Shown: piece after piece, positions 31,201 through 40,808 of the stretch
Layout: every line of letters starts with the position of its first letter
Numbering within the stretch: position 1 is the stretch's first letter
IMG/VR virus record: IMGVR_UViG_3300027763_002034
Span: 1-64,000 of that record
Length of the DNA: 64,000 nucleotides
Reading direction: 5' to 3' (one strand)
Source of the DNA: an uncultured virus (IMG/VR IMGVR_UViG_3300027763_002034)
Taxonomy: Duplodnaviria > Heunggongvirae > Uroviricota > Caudoviricetes
The notes under the pieces: generated by a model
What the model was told of the DNA's origin: nothing
Databases searched by the model: none
What the model saw: the letters and a program-made list of their open reading frames with translations, nothing else
Made by a program: the position numbers and the translations under genes

Positions 31201-33024
31201 TTAGTCATTTAAAATATCCTTCAATTTATTCTCTATCTCATAAATATTCTGTTGTGCGCGTTTCATATCAAATAGTGAGCTAAAATCTTCTTTCTCTTCA
31301 CCTAACATACCTAATATTTTAGATTTCTTTGATTTAGATTCACTTAACGGTGGTTCTCCTCCACCTGCTGCTGGTGGTTCAGGTGCTCCACCGCCACCCA
31401 TATCCATACCACCTCCTTCAGGATTTTCACCACCCAATGCACCGGCAGCTTCAAGTTTTTCTCTCTCTTCTTCAGGGATTCCGTATTTGGAATCAACCTC
31501 ATCGAACACACCTGATCGTTTAATAATATTCTGTGTATTAGTTAATTCAAAACCTATAGCTCTTTCTAAACGTTGTTGTTGTAAATCAAGTACGACTTCA
31601 CTGTCACTAAACCCTAAAATATTCTTCTTTGCCCATGTATGCGACACCGGCAAGATACCAACTTGTGACTGGTCGGAAGTCGCATCTTTGTAAAGTGTTA
31701 CCTTTTCCTTCCACTGCTCAAGCCTTAACAAATCAGATTGTGCTGATGGGTTAGTTAATGATAAAGTAAAATTATTCAATTCATCTTCCATACCTAAAAG
31801 ATATAAATGAATTAATGCAACTTTATTTAACTCTTGTATTAATGATTTTTGTATTTTATTAATTGTTCTTGCAAAACGGATATCCATTAATGCAAGATTC
31901 TTTCCGTCACCAACTACTTCTTCAAATCCTAAAAATGCTTTAGGAATACGAAGTGCTGCTAACATTTTCTTTTGAATATATTCAATGTCAGCAATTTCAC
32001 CTAAGTTTTGTGCACCAGGTAAAGTTTCAATTGGCATTGTTTGAGATGCATCACGAACAGGAACAAAATAATCTTGGTCAACTGCCATTTGATTATATCT
32101 CATATCCACCTGACCATTACGTGGGTCGGCTATTGGACTACGTTTAAATTTATTTGCAACTTTTTGTACGTAAGATTCAATATCTTTATCGTCCATATTA
32201 CCAACAAATATTTTAAACACACGTCTTTCGGGTGCTCTTGATGTTCTATAGATTAACATTGCATCTTCAGCAAGTAAAAGTTGTTTCCAAATTCTTCTAA
32301 TTTTATCTAACATAGAAGTTCCATAAGGAAGTTTTCTATCATCACCTAATAATCTAAAGTGAGCGACTTCCCATGCTTGAAATTCCAAATCTTTATTCTT
32401 CCATTGAAATCTTAATTCACGTGTTGGAACTTTAATATCATGAGGTCCTGCGGTTTTTGTTCCAGCACCTTCGATTCTTTCAATTTCAATATTTGGTAAT
32501 TGTTGAACTCCAACAATACCTTTTTCAGGGTCAATCTTTAAATAAACAAAATCATCACCGTACTTAGACATACCACGAGCCCACATTTGTAGGTTAGTAT
32601 TGATATCCATTTTTGTGTGGAATAAATCTTGAAGTATTGATTTAATTCTATCTGATTCAGAATATATTGTAAGGATTTCACCCTTCTCTGACATTGTAGT
32701 TGATTCTTCAGCGTATATATCTAATGCTGCTGAAACTTCAGGAGTAAACTCCATAGATTCATAGTCGTAGTATGCTGCCATTCTATTCGGTTCATAATAA
32801 ACCGATTGATTATAAAGAGATTGATCTAATTTTGTCCACTTGTCAGCAATGTATTGACTCTGTTGAGCCTGTAACATTGCCTTTTCATAATCTTCTTTAC
32901 TATCCGTTTTTAATAATTCATCTTTGTTGAAATTAAATGATGGTGCCTGATCAGCTTTAATTTGACCCGGAAAACCAAACATTCTTGTTAGTTTCTGAAA
33001 GACGGTAGGATTTTGATTTGCCAT
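31201..33024 (-). CDS. Portal protein, T4 gp20-like
   Basis: PEVSAALDIYAEE, LAEDAMLIYRTSRAPERRVF, IETLPGAQNLGEIADIEY, ALRIP. Confidence 0.95.
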   Translation of the reverse strand: MANQNPTVFQKLTRMFGFPGQIKADQAPSFNFNKDELLKTDSKEDYEKAMLQAQQSQYIADKWTKLDQSLYNQSVYYEPNRMAAYYDYESMEFTPEVSAALDIYAEESTTMSEKGEILTIYSESDRIKSILQDLFHTKMDINTNLQMWARGMSKYGDDFVYLKIDPEKGIVGVQQLPNIEIERIEGAGTKTAGPHDIKVPTRELRFQWKNKDLEFQAWEVAHFRLLGDDRKLPYGTSMLDKIRRIWKQLLLAEDAMLIYRTSRAPERRVFKIFVGNMDDKDIESYVQKVANKFKRSPIADPRNGQVDMRYNQMAVDQDYFVPVRDASQTMPIETLPGAQNLGEIADIEYIQKKMLAALRIPKAFLGFEEVVGDGKNLALMDIRFARTINKIQKSLIQELNKVALIHLYLLGMEDELNNFTLSLTNPSAQSDLLRLEQWKEKVTLYKDATSDQSQVGILPVSHTWAKKNILGFSDSEVVLDLQQQRLERAIGFELTNTQNIIKRSGVFDEVDSKYGIPEEEREKLEAAGALGGENPEGGGMDMGGGGAPEPPAAGGGEPPLSESKSKKSKILGMLGEEKEDFSSLFDMKRAQQNIYEIENKLKDILND

Positions 33025-33078
33025 TCTATATAAATACTTTTCTTTATAATATAAACTAAATATTTGGTATTTGGAATA

Positions 33079-34854
33079 TTATTTAGATTTCCCAAATAAC
33101 CACATATGTTCTTTATATGCGTCTTTAGGTACGTTTGTTGGGTTGTCTTTGTGATAAATGTCGTTAGTGTCCATACCCATAGCCCCTATTTGGTCAAAAG
33201 ATGAACCATAAGAATAATGAGTTTTGGCCGGTTCGTAAGTTCTTTCAGACATAACCCATGAATCTATCATTGCTTTATTTTTGGAATCATTTTTTTGTAA
33301 TTGATTGAATGAAATATCACCAGCATATAATGCCATAGACATACTCATAATTGAGTCATCGTGCATTCCTTTCATATGGTCAGGTCTTCCATTCAGATAA
33401 ACAAACGTATTGAGTTCATTTAATAATCTACTAGACCTTACTAAAAATCCTTTTCTAAGTTGTTCTTCAAAGGCCGCCACGATTTGGGTTCTTTTATTGT
33501 TAAAACTAATTCCTGGTATTTTATCTAAAGCCTTTTTATTGTATTCCCAAATGTTCTGTGTGTTAATACCATCAATGAATAAACTTTTATAATTCATTTC
33601 TTGTAACTTTCTAGATGTTGCAACTCCCATACCACCTGTGATATCAATTACAATGAAAGCGTCATATAAAATACCCCATTTGTATGCTATATTCGCCAAA
33701 TCATCTGGAGGTATTTTACCAATATATTCAACAACTTGTTCTCTATCGTCAAAATCAATAATATTAATTGATGAAAAGTCCTCACTATCCCCTCTACTAA
33801 CATCCACACCCATAATATAACGATGACCTTCAATTGGTTCTTTCCATTGCCAGAAAGTACCTTGCATGTATTTTTCTTTAGGAATACGAATCATATTTTT
33901 TGCTATGTTCTCTTGAATATCAGTAGGTATAACCCCATCACCTGAACCTAAGAAATCACATTCCAACTCCTGAGCAATTTTACGTCTATCGTATTTGAAT
34001 TTTTTAGACATTGATTCAAACCAAGATGAAAATGGTTTATAACCATCCTCAATTAGTTTATTGTACTCTTTCATATCAAAATCATGTAGAACAACTTCAT
34101 CATCATTATATTGTTCTCTATTCAACATGTAGTGACAGATGTCTTGACATTTAACCCAACGTAAATCTTTGGTGTAACGAGGGTCTTTAAACCATCTTAA
34201 ATCAGTTATATGGAAATCATTGATTCCACGTAATGCTTGGTCGTAAACACCGTAATAGATAGCATCATAACCATTTGGTGTGGAGATAAGAATAATCTTA
34301 CCACCCGTTGATAGGGATGCCATAGATGCCGCCCAAAAATCATCACCCGCTTCAATATATGCAGCCTCATCAAATACAAGTATGGTAGGTGTATAACCAC
34401 GAAGGGCATCCGCCGATGTTGCAACCGCCTTAACCTCACAACCATTATTTAATCTAAATCTACTTTCTGAGTTTTTATCAGGTGAGAACCCAACATTAAT
34501 CCAATCAGGCCATTGTTCTATGAAATGTCTAACCTTATTAGCCATCTCCACCGCGGTATCACGTTTGTTCGCGATAAGTAGAACCCTTTCAGGATTATCA
34601 GGTTTTGCTAATTGTAATTTTTTTGATAACCATGCTGCAGTTACAGTTGTAACTCCAGCTTGTCTATACTTTCTTGTAATGTTTTCGTTGTAATTTTCGT
34701 AATCGTTAATTAATTGAATTTGGTCCTCAAACAAATCCATCGGGACATACTTCTTCTGTGTATTGTCAAACGTTTGAAGGTATGTTCTAAGGGCGTATGG
34801 GGTATCTTTAATAATCTTAGCATACTCCATTAATTGTTCTGCTCTGGTATTCAT
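33079..34854 (-). CDS. terL: Terminase large subunit, T4 gp17-like
   Basis: KYRQAGVTT, LVFDEAA, ISTPNG, MGVDVSRG..D.S, HDDSIM. Confidence 0.95.
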   Translation of the reverse strand: MNTRAEQLMEYAKIIKDTPYALRTYLQTFDNTQKKYVPMDLFEDQIQLINDYENYNENITRKYRQAGVTTVTAAWLSKKLQLAKPDNPERVLLIANKRDTAVEMANKVRHFIEQWPDWINVGFSPDKNSESRFRLNNGCEVKAVATSADALRGYTPTILVFDEAAYIEAGDDFWAASMASLSTGGKIILISTPNGYDAIYYGVYDQALRGINDFHITDLRWFKDPRYTKDLRWVKCQDICHYMLNREQYNDDEVVLHDFDMKEYNKLIEDGYKPFSSWFESMSKKFKYDRRKIAQELECDFLGSGDGVIPTDIQENIAKNMIRIPKEKYMQGTFWQWKEPIEGHRYIMGVDVSRGDSEDFSSINIIDFDDREQVVEYIGKIPPDDLANIAYKWGILYDAFIVIDITGGMGVATSRKLQEMNYKSLFIDGINTQNIWEYNKKALDKIPGISFNNKRTQIVAAFEEQLRKGFLVRSSRLLNELNTFVYLNGRPDHMKGMHDDSIMSMSMALYAGDISFNQLQKNDSKNKAMIDSWVMSERTYEPAKTHYSYGSSFDQIGAMGMDTNDIYHKDNPTNVPKDAYKEHMWLFGKSK

Positions 34855-34867
34855 ATATGTATAAATA

Positions 34868-34900
34868 CAAAAAAAGGTGGTTATTGTAAACCACCTTTGT
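34868..34900 (-). terminator. Intrinsic terminator
   Basis: AAAGGTGGTT-ATTGTA-AACCACCTTT with A-run. Confidence 0.7.
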
Positions 34901-34901
34901 A

Positions 34902-36299
34902 TTATTTCGTAGGTCTATCTAAACCTAACTCTTTAAAGAGGTCATCATCGTCATCCTCTTCGTCATTATCATTAGATAAACTAATACCAGGTATTCCTGA
35001 TATAAAATCTTTTAATTCATTGTTATCTGTTTCATCGGAAACATTATTTAAATCCTCATCAAATTCCGCCATTGTCTGTTCGTAATCGTAATTGTTAATG
35101 TCTTCTTCAATTGCTCTTACTAAAGTTTCCATTAAACGATTTCCACTTTCAGAGTTAGAAACAACTTCCTTCATAAACACTAAAAACTCTTTTGCTGGTT
35201 TTTTGAAAATATGTTGGAAAACCATTAATTGAATAATTGATTTTGTTTCGTCAGTTAATACATCTTCAGGAAATTTAGACCTAATTCTATCCCAAATTAC
35301 AGGTCCTAAACGTAAATCCCACATTTCTTTTTCTAATGTATCTTCACTATCTTCAATTGCTGTAAAATCTTCTTCATTACCTTCTTCATCTCTTTTTCTA
35401 CCGTGTAATGCAACCAACTCTAATGTTCCTTTAATTAATTCATGTATTAAAACTGGAAAGTTTACCGCTCTTGCTTTAACCGTTGGTGGGTCTGTTTGTC
35501 TATCAACATCTTCTCTACCTGCAATCGCACCCGCCTGTCCCATTGATTTCATAGTTTCATCAGGTAATTGCCAATATAATGCGTCATTTACTGACATCAT
35601 AATACCGTACAATCCAATGATTCTATCATTACCCACAATTTCTCTAACTCTATCTTCAACATAATGATACATATAGTGACCTCTTTTAGATGCCCCCTGT
35701 ATAATTGTATTAATAAATCTTCTTTTTGCTTTCTCTAAATTAAGATTTTCTAAATCATTAACGATTTCAATTTCATTACCAAAATTCATTTCCTCTTCAC
35801 CACCCTCTTCGTCACCACCTTGTTCTTCCTCATCATGACCAAAATCTTCAGGGTTAAATTCACCCATACCAATAATTCTTGCATCATATTGAACTGAACC
35901 TTCTGGAATACCTAATTCTTTTTTAACTAAATCTACCGCTAACGCTTCCAATTCTCTTCTATGATTTTGTTCAAACGATAAAATTTGATTATGAGCACTC
36001 ATCATTTGTTGCATCAATGGGCTCATACCTTGCATACCACTTATAGTTGAATTGGTACCCGTATATTGTCTCATTTTCTCAACAACTTGTTTATATCTTT
36101 CTGAAGCTAAAAGTTCTTGGAAGTTCTTATTAGGTTCATTTCCCGTCTGTGGTAATGGTATTTTTTTCAACGGAGTTTCTCCCGATGATAATTTATCTTG
36201 TACCCCTTGGTCAGGTCTATCTTGTGAATCAAAGTCCATCGGCATTTCGTTCAAATTTTCTTTGATTAAAGATAAGAGTTTTTTCTTAGATATTCTCAT
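34902..36299 (-). CDS. Hypothetical head-module protein with IKENLNE leader; HELIKG HExxx-like segment
   Basis: 465-aa ORF. Confidence 0.6.
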   Translation of the reverse strand: MRISKKKLLSLIKENLNEMPMDFDSQDRPDQGVQDKLSSGETPLKKIPLPQTGNEPNKNFQELLASERYKQVVEKMRQYTGTNSTISGMQGMSPLMQQMMSAHNQILSFEQNHRRELEALAVDLVKKELGIPEGSVQYDARIIGMGEFNPEDFGHDEEEQGGDEEGGEEEMNFGNEIEIVNDLENLNLEKAKRRFINTIIQGASKRGHYMYHYVEDRVREIVGNDRIIGLYGIMMSVNDALYWQLPDETMKSMGQAGAIAGREDVDRQTDPPTVKARAVNFPVLIHELIKGTLELVALHGRKRDEEGNEEDFTAIEDSEDTLEKEMWDLRLGPVIWDRIRSKFPEDVLTDETKSIIQLMVFQHIFKKPAKEFLVFMKEVVSNSESGNRLMETLVRAIEEDINNYDYEQTMAEFDEDLNNVSDETDNNELKDFISGIPGISLSNDNDEEDDDDDLFKELGLDRPTK

Positions 36300-36301
36300 T
36301 A

Positions 36302-37477
36302 TTAGTTAACTTTTTTTTCTTCCGCCATTTTAGCCTTTGGTTTTGGGTTTGGTCCCGGGCCAGGTTGTTTAAAAGGAGTTTTTCTTGGGTCTTCTCTTCT
36401 TGTCGGTGTAGGTCTTGTACCTGGTTTTGTTTGTGGTGCAGGTTTACTTGGTGCTGTTTTTGGTTCAGCATCTACAATTGCATCATATGACATAAACTCA
36501 GGAATACCGTTGTGTCCCTTTTTAACTTTAGGTCCGTGTTGAACCATTGTATTTGACTCGGTAAGTTTAGTTTGGATAAGTTCCATAATTTCGCTTTTAG
36601 ACGTAAAACTATGAAATTCTTTATTCTCTACCAAACCTTTAACCCAATTTTTTACTTCTTTAATATCTTCTTTTTTACACTTACATTTAGATTCCACCTT
36701 TCCACAATCATCACATTTTTTAATATTTTTAAGTTGTGGAAAATCTTCTTTAGATTTCTCTAACGCCTTTTCACTTCTTTCATTGTGATAATCACCTTCT
36801 TCCACATCTTCTTCTTTTTTCTTTTTATGACCGTTAAAATTTGGACTAGGTCGTTTTTCTGGTTTATAAGGATTTTTTTTCATTCTTTCTTTTGATTCGT
36901 TGTCTTTTTTCCAACTATTGACAAAATCTTCATGTGCTTTATCGATTTCGTGGTCCTCAGGTTCTCTACCTAAATCTTTACTTAATTTATCTTTAATTAC
37001 ACCAAGCATAAGACCATTTAATGATTCATCCACTTCTCCCTCTTCAGTTTCACCTTCTTCTTTTTTCTTTGGTGTAGATTTCTTTTTAGGAGAACTTGAT
37101 TTTTTAGGTGTTCCTCCAAATAGAGAGGTACTACTTGATTTTGAACCTTTTACGGTTAAACCCATATCAGCCTCATTTACATCTTCTTTAGCTTCACCTT
37201 TCTTTTCTTTGTTTAAAATTGCAAAGTCCTCAGCATCAATTTCACCGTTATGGTTTTTATCAATGTTCTTTTGTTTACCCTTTAATTCCTCTTCAACCTC
37301 AACCTCAGTATTTGGGTCATTTGCCAAATCTTTTAATTTTTGATCTGTTTTTAATTTGTCAGCATCAATAACAATTCTTTCATGTAAATCTGAAAGTTGT
37401 TTATCACTAAATCTAACCAATGTTTTTTCAGAAAATCCTTCTTTGATTAACTGACTAACTATAACGTCTCTTTTCAT
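36302..37477 (-). CDS. Low-complexity probable internal head protein with EF-hand-like motif
   Basis: DKNHNGEIDAEDF; many xxE sites; Pro/Lys tail. Confidence 0.6.
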   Translation of the reverse strand: MKRDVIVSQLIKEGFSEKTLVRFSDKQLSDLHERIVIDADKLKTDQKLKDLANDPNTEVEVEEELKGKQKNIDKNHNGEIDAEDFAILNKEKKGEAKEDVNEADMGLTVKGSKSSSTSLFGGTPKKSSSPKKKSTPKKKEEGETEEGEVDESLNGLMLGVIKDKLSKDLGREPEDHEIDKAHEDFVNSWKKDNESKERMKKNPYKPEKRPSPNFNGHKKKKEEDVEEGDYHNERSEKALEKSKEDFPQLKNIKKCDDCGKVESKCKCKKEDIKEVKNWVKGLVENKEFHSFTSKSEIMELIQTKLTESNTMVQHGPKVKKGHNGIPEFMSYDAIVDAEPKTAPSKPAPQTKPGTRPTPTRREDPRKTPFKQPGPGPNPKPKAKMAEEKKVN

Positions 37478-37875
37478 AATTCTTTGATTTTAATTTCTTC
37501 GTTTAATAAACTATAATTCCTATTTTTTAATTTTTTTGTGACAGATTCAATTGGTTCCCCGAATTTAAATGTTAATCTTTCAAATTCGTTATCAAAATCG
37601 AACTTTTCCCATGCCAATGATATTACACCATCTACGGCATCAATAACTCCGAAAAAATCGGAGTTTTGTATAAGTTCTAATTGTAAATCTGTATCTTTTA
37701 ATAATCCAACTACATCAACATATTCGACGTCAGGTGATTTAGACCTTGAGACAGACGATGCAGGTATTGCAAACCAATCTCCCATGTCAATTTCGGTACT
37801 TTCACTAAATACGAATTCGTACTGTTTTTGACCTTTGTAATCCGAACCGATTTCATTGACATATATAAGATGCAT
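37474..37875 (-). CDS. Hypothetical protein
   Basis: 133-aa ORF overlapping next gene. Confidence 0.65.
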   Translation of the reverse strand: MHLIYVNEIGSDYKGQKQYEFVFSESTEIDMGDWFAIPASSVSRSKSPDVEYVDVVGLLKDTDLQLELIQNSDFFGVIDAVDGVISLAWEKFDFDNEFERLTFKFGEPIESVTKKLKNRNYSLLNEEIKIKEL

Positions 37876-38850
37876 TTATTTAAAGTATTTGTGTAAAGTT
37901 TGACTAATACTACTATTGATTTCATTCTTGATTTCATCTAAATCAAGTTCTTGAATATTATCTTCGTTATATTCGTCACCTGTTTCTTTAATTGAGTATT
38001 TTGATAAATCAATTTCATCTGTGTCCATTGGGGTTTCAACAAATTCTTCTAATGAACCCATAGCATCGTATTCACCCATTTCAGCTTCAGGTTCTACTGC
38101 TGGTTCCTCAGAAGGAACTTCCGCACTTGGTTCTTCTGAACCCATTCCACCTTCTTCTTCCTCTCTTTCAAATTTCTTAGCAACATCTTCAATATCTTCA
38201 TCAGATAATTTATCCAAATCAACCGCCGAAATAATCATATTTAAAATATATTTGATATCGTCACTTTCCATTCTATCATGTAAATCTCTTAATTCTTGAC
38301 CTAATTTACCCGCATATTTTTGAGCTTCAGCCATATAACTTGAACGTTTTCCCATATCTTCTCCACCATCTGTTGGAGGTGTTTCTGAAGGTACAGAACC
38401 GCCATCTGTTGGTGCAGCATCGGGTGCTGGTTGAGTTGACATATCGTCCACAGGTGCCTCAGGAGCATCCATAGATGGTTCTGGCATTGGCATTTCTTCT
38501 TGTGGTTTGTTTTGTTTTAAAACATACTTTGTTGCTTCTTGTAATTCGTCTTGACCTTTTAACAATTCAAGTCTCTTAAAAGCATCACCATAAGATGAAA
38601 ATTTGTTTTTGTTTTTCATAAACATTCCACCGATATAATCAAGCGATTGCTCATTTAAACCTCTTTTAACATAGTATGCGTCTTTCTCTCTCACAATACC
38701 ATATACACCACCTGTTTTTGATTCCTGAACTAATTCAGCCTTCATAGATGATGATTTCTTATTATTGTTGTAGTATGTTAACTCAAGAATCCTTTTTAAT
38801 TTCTCATCTGAGTTAAGTTTTTCACTACCAAGTGGTTTTATTTCTGCCAT
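37876..38850 (-). CDS. Acidic probable prohead/core protein
   Basis: 324-aa ORF, DEKLKRILEL N-terminal motif, LQE/IKE sites. Confidence 0.55.
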   Translation of the reverse strand: MAEIKPLGSEKLNSDEKLKRILELTYYNNNKKSSSMKAELVQESKTGGVYGIVREKDAYYVKRGLNEQSLDYIGGMFMKNKNKFSSYGDAFKRLELLKGQDELQEATKYVLKQNKPQEEMPMPEPSMDAPEAPVDDMSTQPAPDAAPTDGGSVPSETPPTDGGEDMGKRSSYMAEAQKYAGKLGQELRDLHDRMESDDIKYILNMIISAVDLDKLSDEDIEDVAKKFEREEEEGGMGSEEPSAEVPSEEPAVEPEAEMGEYDAMGSLEEFVETPMDTDEIDLSKYSIKETGDEYNEDNIQELDLDEIKNEINSSISQTLHKYFK

Positions 38851-38920
38851 TTTATAAATTGTTAGATATACTTATTCTTATCCTATAAATACATAGATAT
38901 ATAGAAAAAAATAGGTATAG

Positions 38921-39679
38921 TTATTGTTCTACAGACAATTTTTTATCTGTTAGTGTTATTTTAAGTTTTAATAATTTCCCAATGTATCCGTTTCGTCTTA
39001 ATAATTTGAATGTTAGATTCTCGTAAGAGTACTCCCCACCTGAATCTAATCCACTTTGTCTAAACGATTTAATCTTAGCTCTGATGTTCTCAATATCATT
39101 TAATACGTCCACACCCTTATTCCCCTTTTCAACGATTTTATCTATTTTCTTTATATACTCCTCTCCCTTTTGAAGAATCATTCTATCATCAATATTAGGG
39201 TTCTTTTGTTCAGGTTCAATAATCCATTTGTTATGTAAGATAGAATAAACGCCAGATGAAACGTGTTCTTCATTGACGTCTTGTACGTATAATTCAACGT
39301 CATATCCTTTAATTACGATATCATGTTTTTCATTCCAAATATTCTTTTTAGCATCAAAAAACTCTTTAAGAATTTCAGAATTGTATTTAGATTCTTTATA
39401 ATCAATTACAATATGTAGGTCAACATCGGAAAAATTTGACCAATTGTAATTAGCCAATGAACCAGTTAAAACAATATCGTGTATGAAAAATTCAACTCCA
39501 AGGGATTCAATAAAGTCATCCGAAATTTTTAATAATGCGATTTTAATATCATCACGCATCAAAAATTTACCTTTATCCCCCTCAAAAATTTGATTAGATA
39601 AGGTATCTTTAGATTTAAAAGATTTGATAATTTTCTTATCACCTTTTTTATCTTCAATTAATTCTTCAAATAAACTCAT
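38921..39679 (-). CDS. Pol-beta-superfamily nucleotidyltransferase
   Basis: LTGSLANYNWS..SDVDLH and VELYVQD catalytic motifs. Confidence 0.8.
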   Translation of the reverse strand: MSLFEELIEDKKGDKKIIKSFKSKDTLSNQIFEGDKGKFLMRDDIKIALLKISDDFIESLGVEFFIHDIVLTGSLANYNWSNFSDVDLHIVIDYKESKYNSEILKEFFDAKKNIWNEKHDIVIKGYDVELYVQDVNEEHVSSGVYSILHNKWIIEPEQKNPNIDDRMILQKGEEYIKKIDKIVEKGNKGVDVLNDIENIRAKIKSFRQSGLDSGGEYSYENLTFKLLRRNGYIGKLLKLKITLTDKKLSVEQ

Positions 39680-39921
39680 CCTTGTTTTGTATACTTATGA
39701 CTTTTGGCGATATTCTCGTTGAAGTATTTTCCGTGGGATTCGGCTAACCTAAATTTGGTGAACTTCTGCCAAGGAACTTTATTGTATACATAAATACTTC
39801 CGTTGTTAAAAACGACGGTTAAGTCCTCTGTTTCTGTATTGTATGTTGATTCTTTAAGGTTGGAAGATTGGATAGTAACTGTAATAAGTTTACCCTCAAT
39901 TTTTTCTGATATGATACCCAT
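39676..39921 (-). CDS. KTSC domain protein
   Basis: SSNL...Y.....L.V.FNNG..Y.Y..VP......F..AESHGKYFN.NI. Confidence 0.9.
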   Translation of the reverse strand: MGIISEKIEGKLITVTIQSSNLKESTYNTETEDLTVVFNNGSIYVYNKVPWQKFTKFRLAESHGKYFNENIAKSHKYTKQG

Positions 39922-39963
39922 AGTATATTGTTTATATATTATAGATAATAAATATCAAAAAAT

Positions 39964-39990
39964 AAACCCCTCATTTAGAGGGGTTTAAAT
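39964..39990. terminator. Terminator-like hairpin between KTSC genes
   Basis: AAACCCCTC-ATTTA-GAGGGGTTT. Confidence 0.6.
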
Positions 39991-39994
39991 TTAA

Positions 39995-40246
39995 TTAGAT
40001 ACTTTTTACTTTTTTATAAGTAAAGTTGTTTGAAATGTTCTGATTAAAGAACTTTCCTTGTGACTTAGCCAATCTAAACTTAGTAAATGTTGTTGATGGT
40101 ACATTTTGGTACTCATAGGCAACTCCACTGTTGAACAAAACTCGTAAGTTTTCTTTTAAAGTGTCGTAAGACGCAGATTTAAGACTAGTTGATTTAATTG
40201 AGGCATAAATCATTTTTCCGTTGATTTTTTCTTTTTTTACTGACAT
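39995..40246 (-). CDS. KTSC domain protein (paralogue)
   Basis: STSL..ASYD...L.V.FNSG..YEYQNVP...F..AKSQGKFFN.NI. Confidence 0.9.
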   Translation of the reverse strand: MSVKKEKINGKMIYASIKSTSLKSASYDTLKENLRVLFNSGVAYEYQNVPSTTFTKFRLAKSQGKFFNQNISNNFTYKKVKSI

Positions 40247-40297
40247 GGTGTATAATTTTATATTACTAATTTAAGAAATAAAATTGATAAAAAAAAA

Positions 40298-40654
40298 TTA
40301 ATTCAAAGAAATTTGTCTTTCTAATGATTTTTTCCTGTCAATCGGTAAAACCAACTCTAATACTCCGTTCTCAACTTTACCTAAAATATCTTTTTCTCTC
40401 ACATCATCAGGTATGTTATAAGATTTAATGAAACTACCAATAAAGTGACGTGTTTTATCACCTTCAATTTTTTCATACGAAATCTTTAGTATACCATCTT
40501 TTGTTGTGATTTTTATGTCTTCCTTGGTCAAACCTGGAACACATATTGAAACTTTATATTCAGTTTCATTTTTGGCGATGTTAGTTTCAGGTGTAGATAA
40601 GAATCTGTTGTTATCTAATCCTGTAAAAAATGGGTCTTTAAATAATGTAATCAT
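40298..40654 (-). CDS. Small heat-shock protein Hsp20
   Basis: VPGLTKEDIKI..DGILKIS, F.KSY.IPDDV, ENGVLELVLP; start at ATG 40654. Confidence 0.9.
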   Translation of the reverse strand: MITLFKDPFFTGLDNNRFLSTPETNIAKNETEYKVSICVPGLTKEDIKITTKDGILKISYEKIEGDKTRHFIGSFIKSYNIPDDVREKDILGKVENGVLELVLPIDRKKSLERQISLN

Positions 40655-40707
40655 AGTTATATGTTTTTTTATTTTAATAACAAATACTTTACCAACATAT
40701 ATTTTTG

Positions 40708-40749
40708 GACAACTTGTCATTATATTTAAAAACTTTTTGACAATTTGTC
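40708..40749. promoter_or_regulatory. Pair of palindromic operator-like sites GACAAYTTGTC between divergent hsp20 and clpC
   Basis: GACAACTTGTC 40708-18 and GACAATTTGTC 40739-49. Confidence 0.55.
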
Positions 40750-40754
40750 TCACG

Positions 40755-40786
40755 TTTGTTTTTTAGTATTATTTGTGTTATGTTTG
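40755..40786 (+). promoter_or_regulatory. Bacteroidota-type promoter for clpC
   Basis: TTTG-N20-TATGTTTG. Confidence 0.65.
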
Positions 40787-40808
40787 TATTGAATTAAACT
40801 TATATCAT

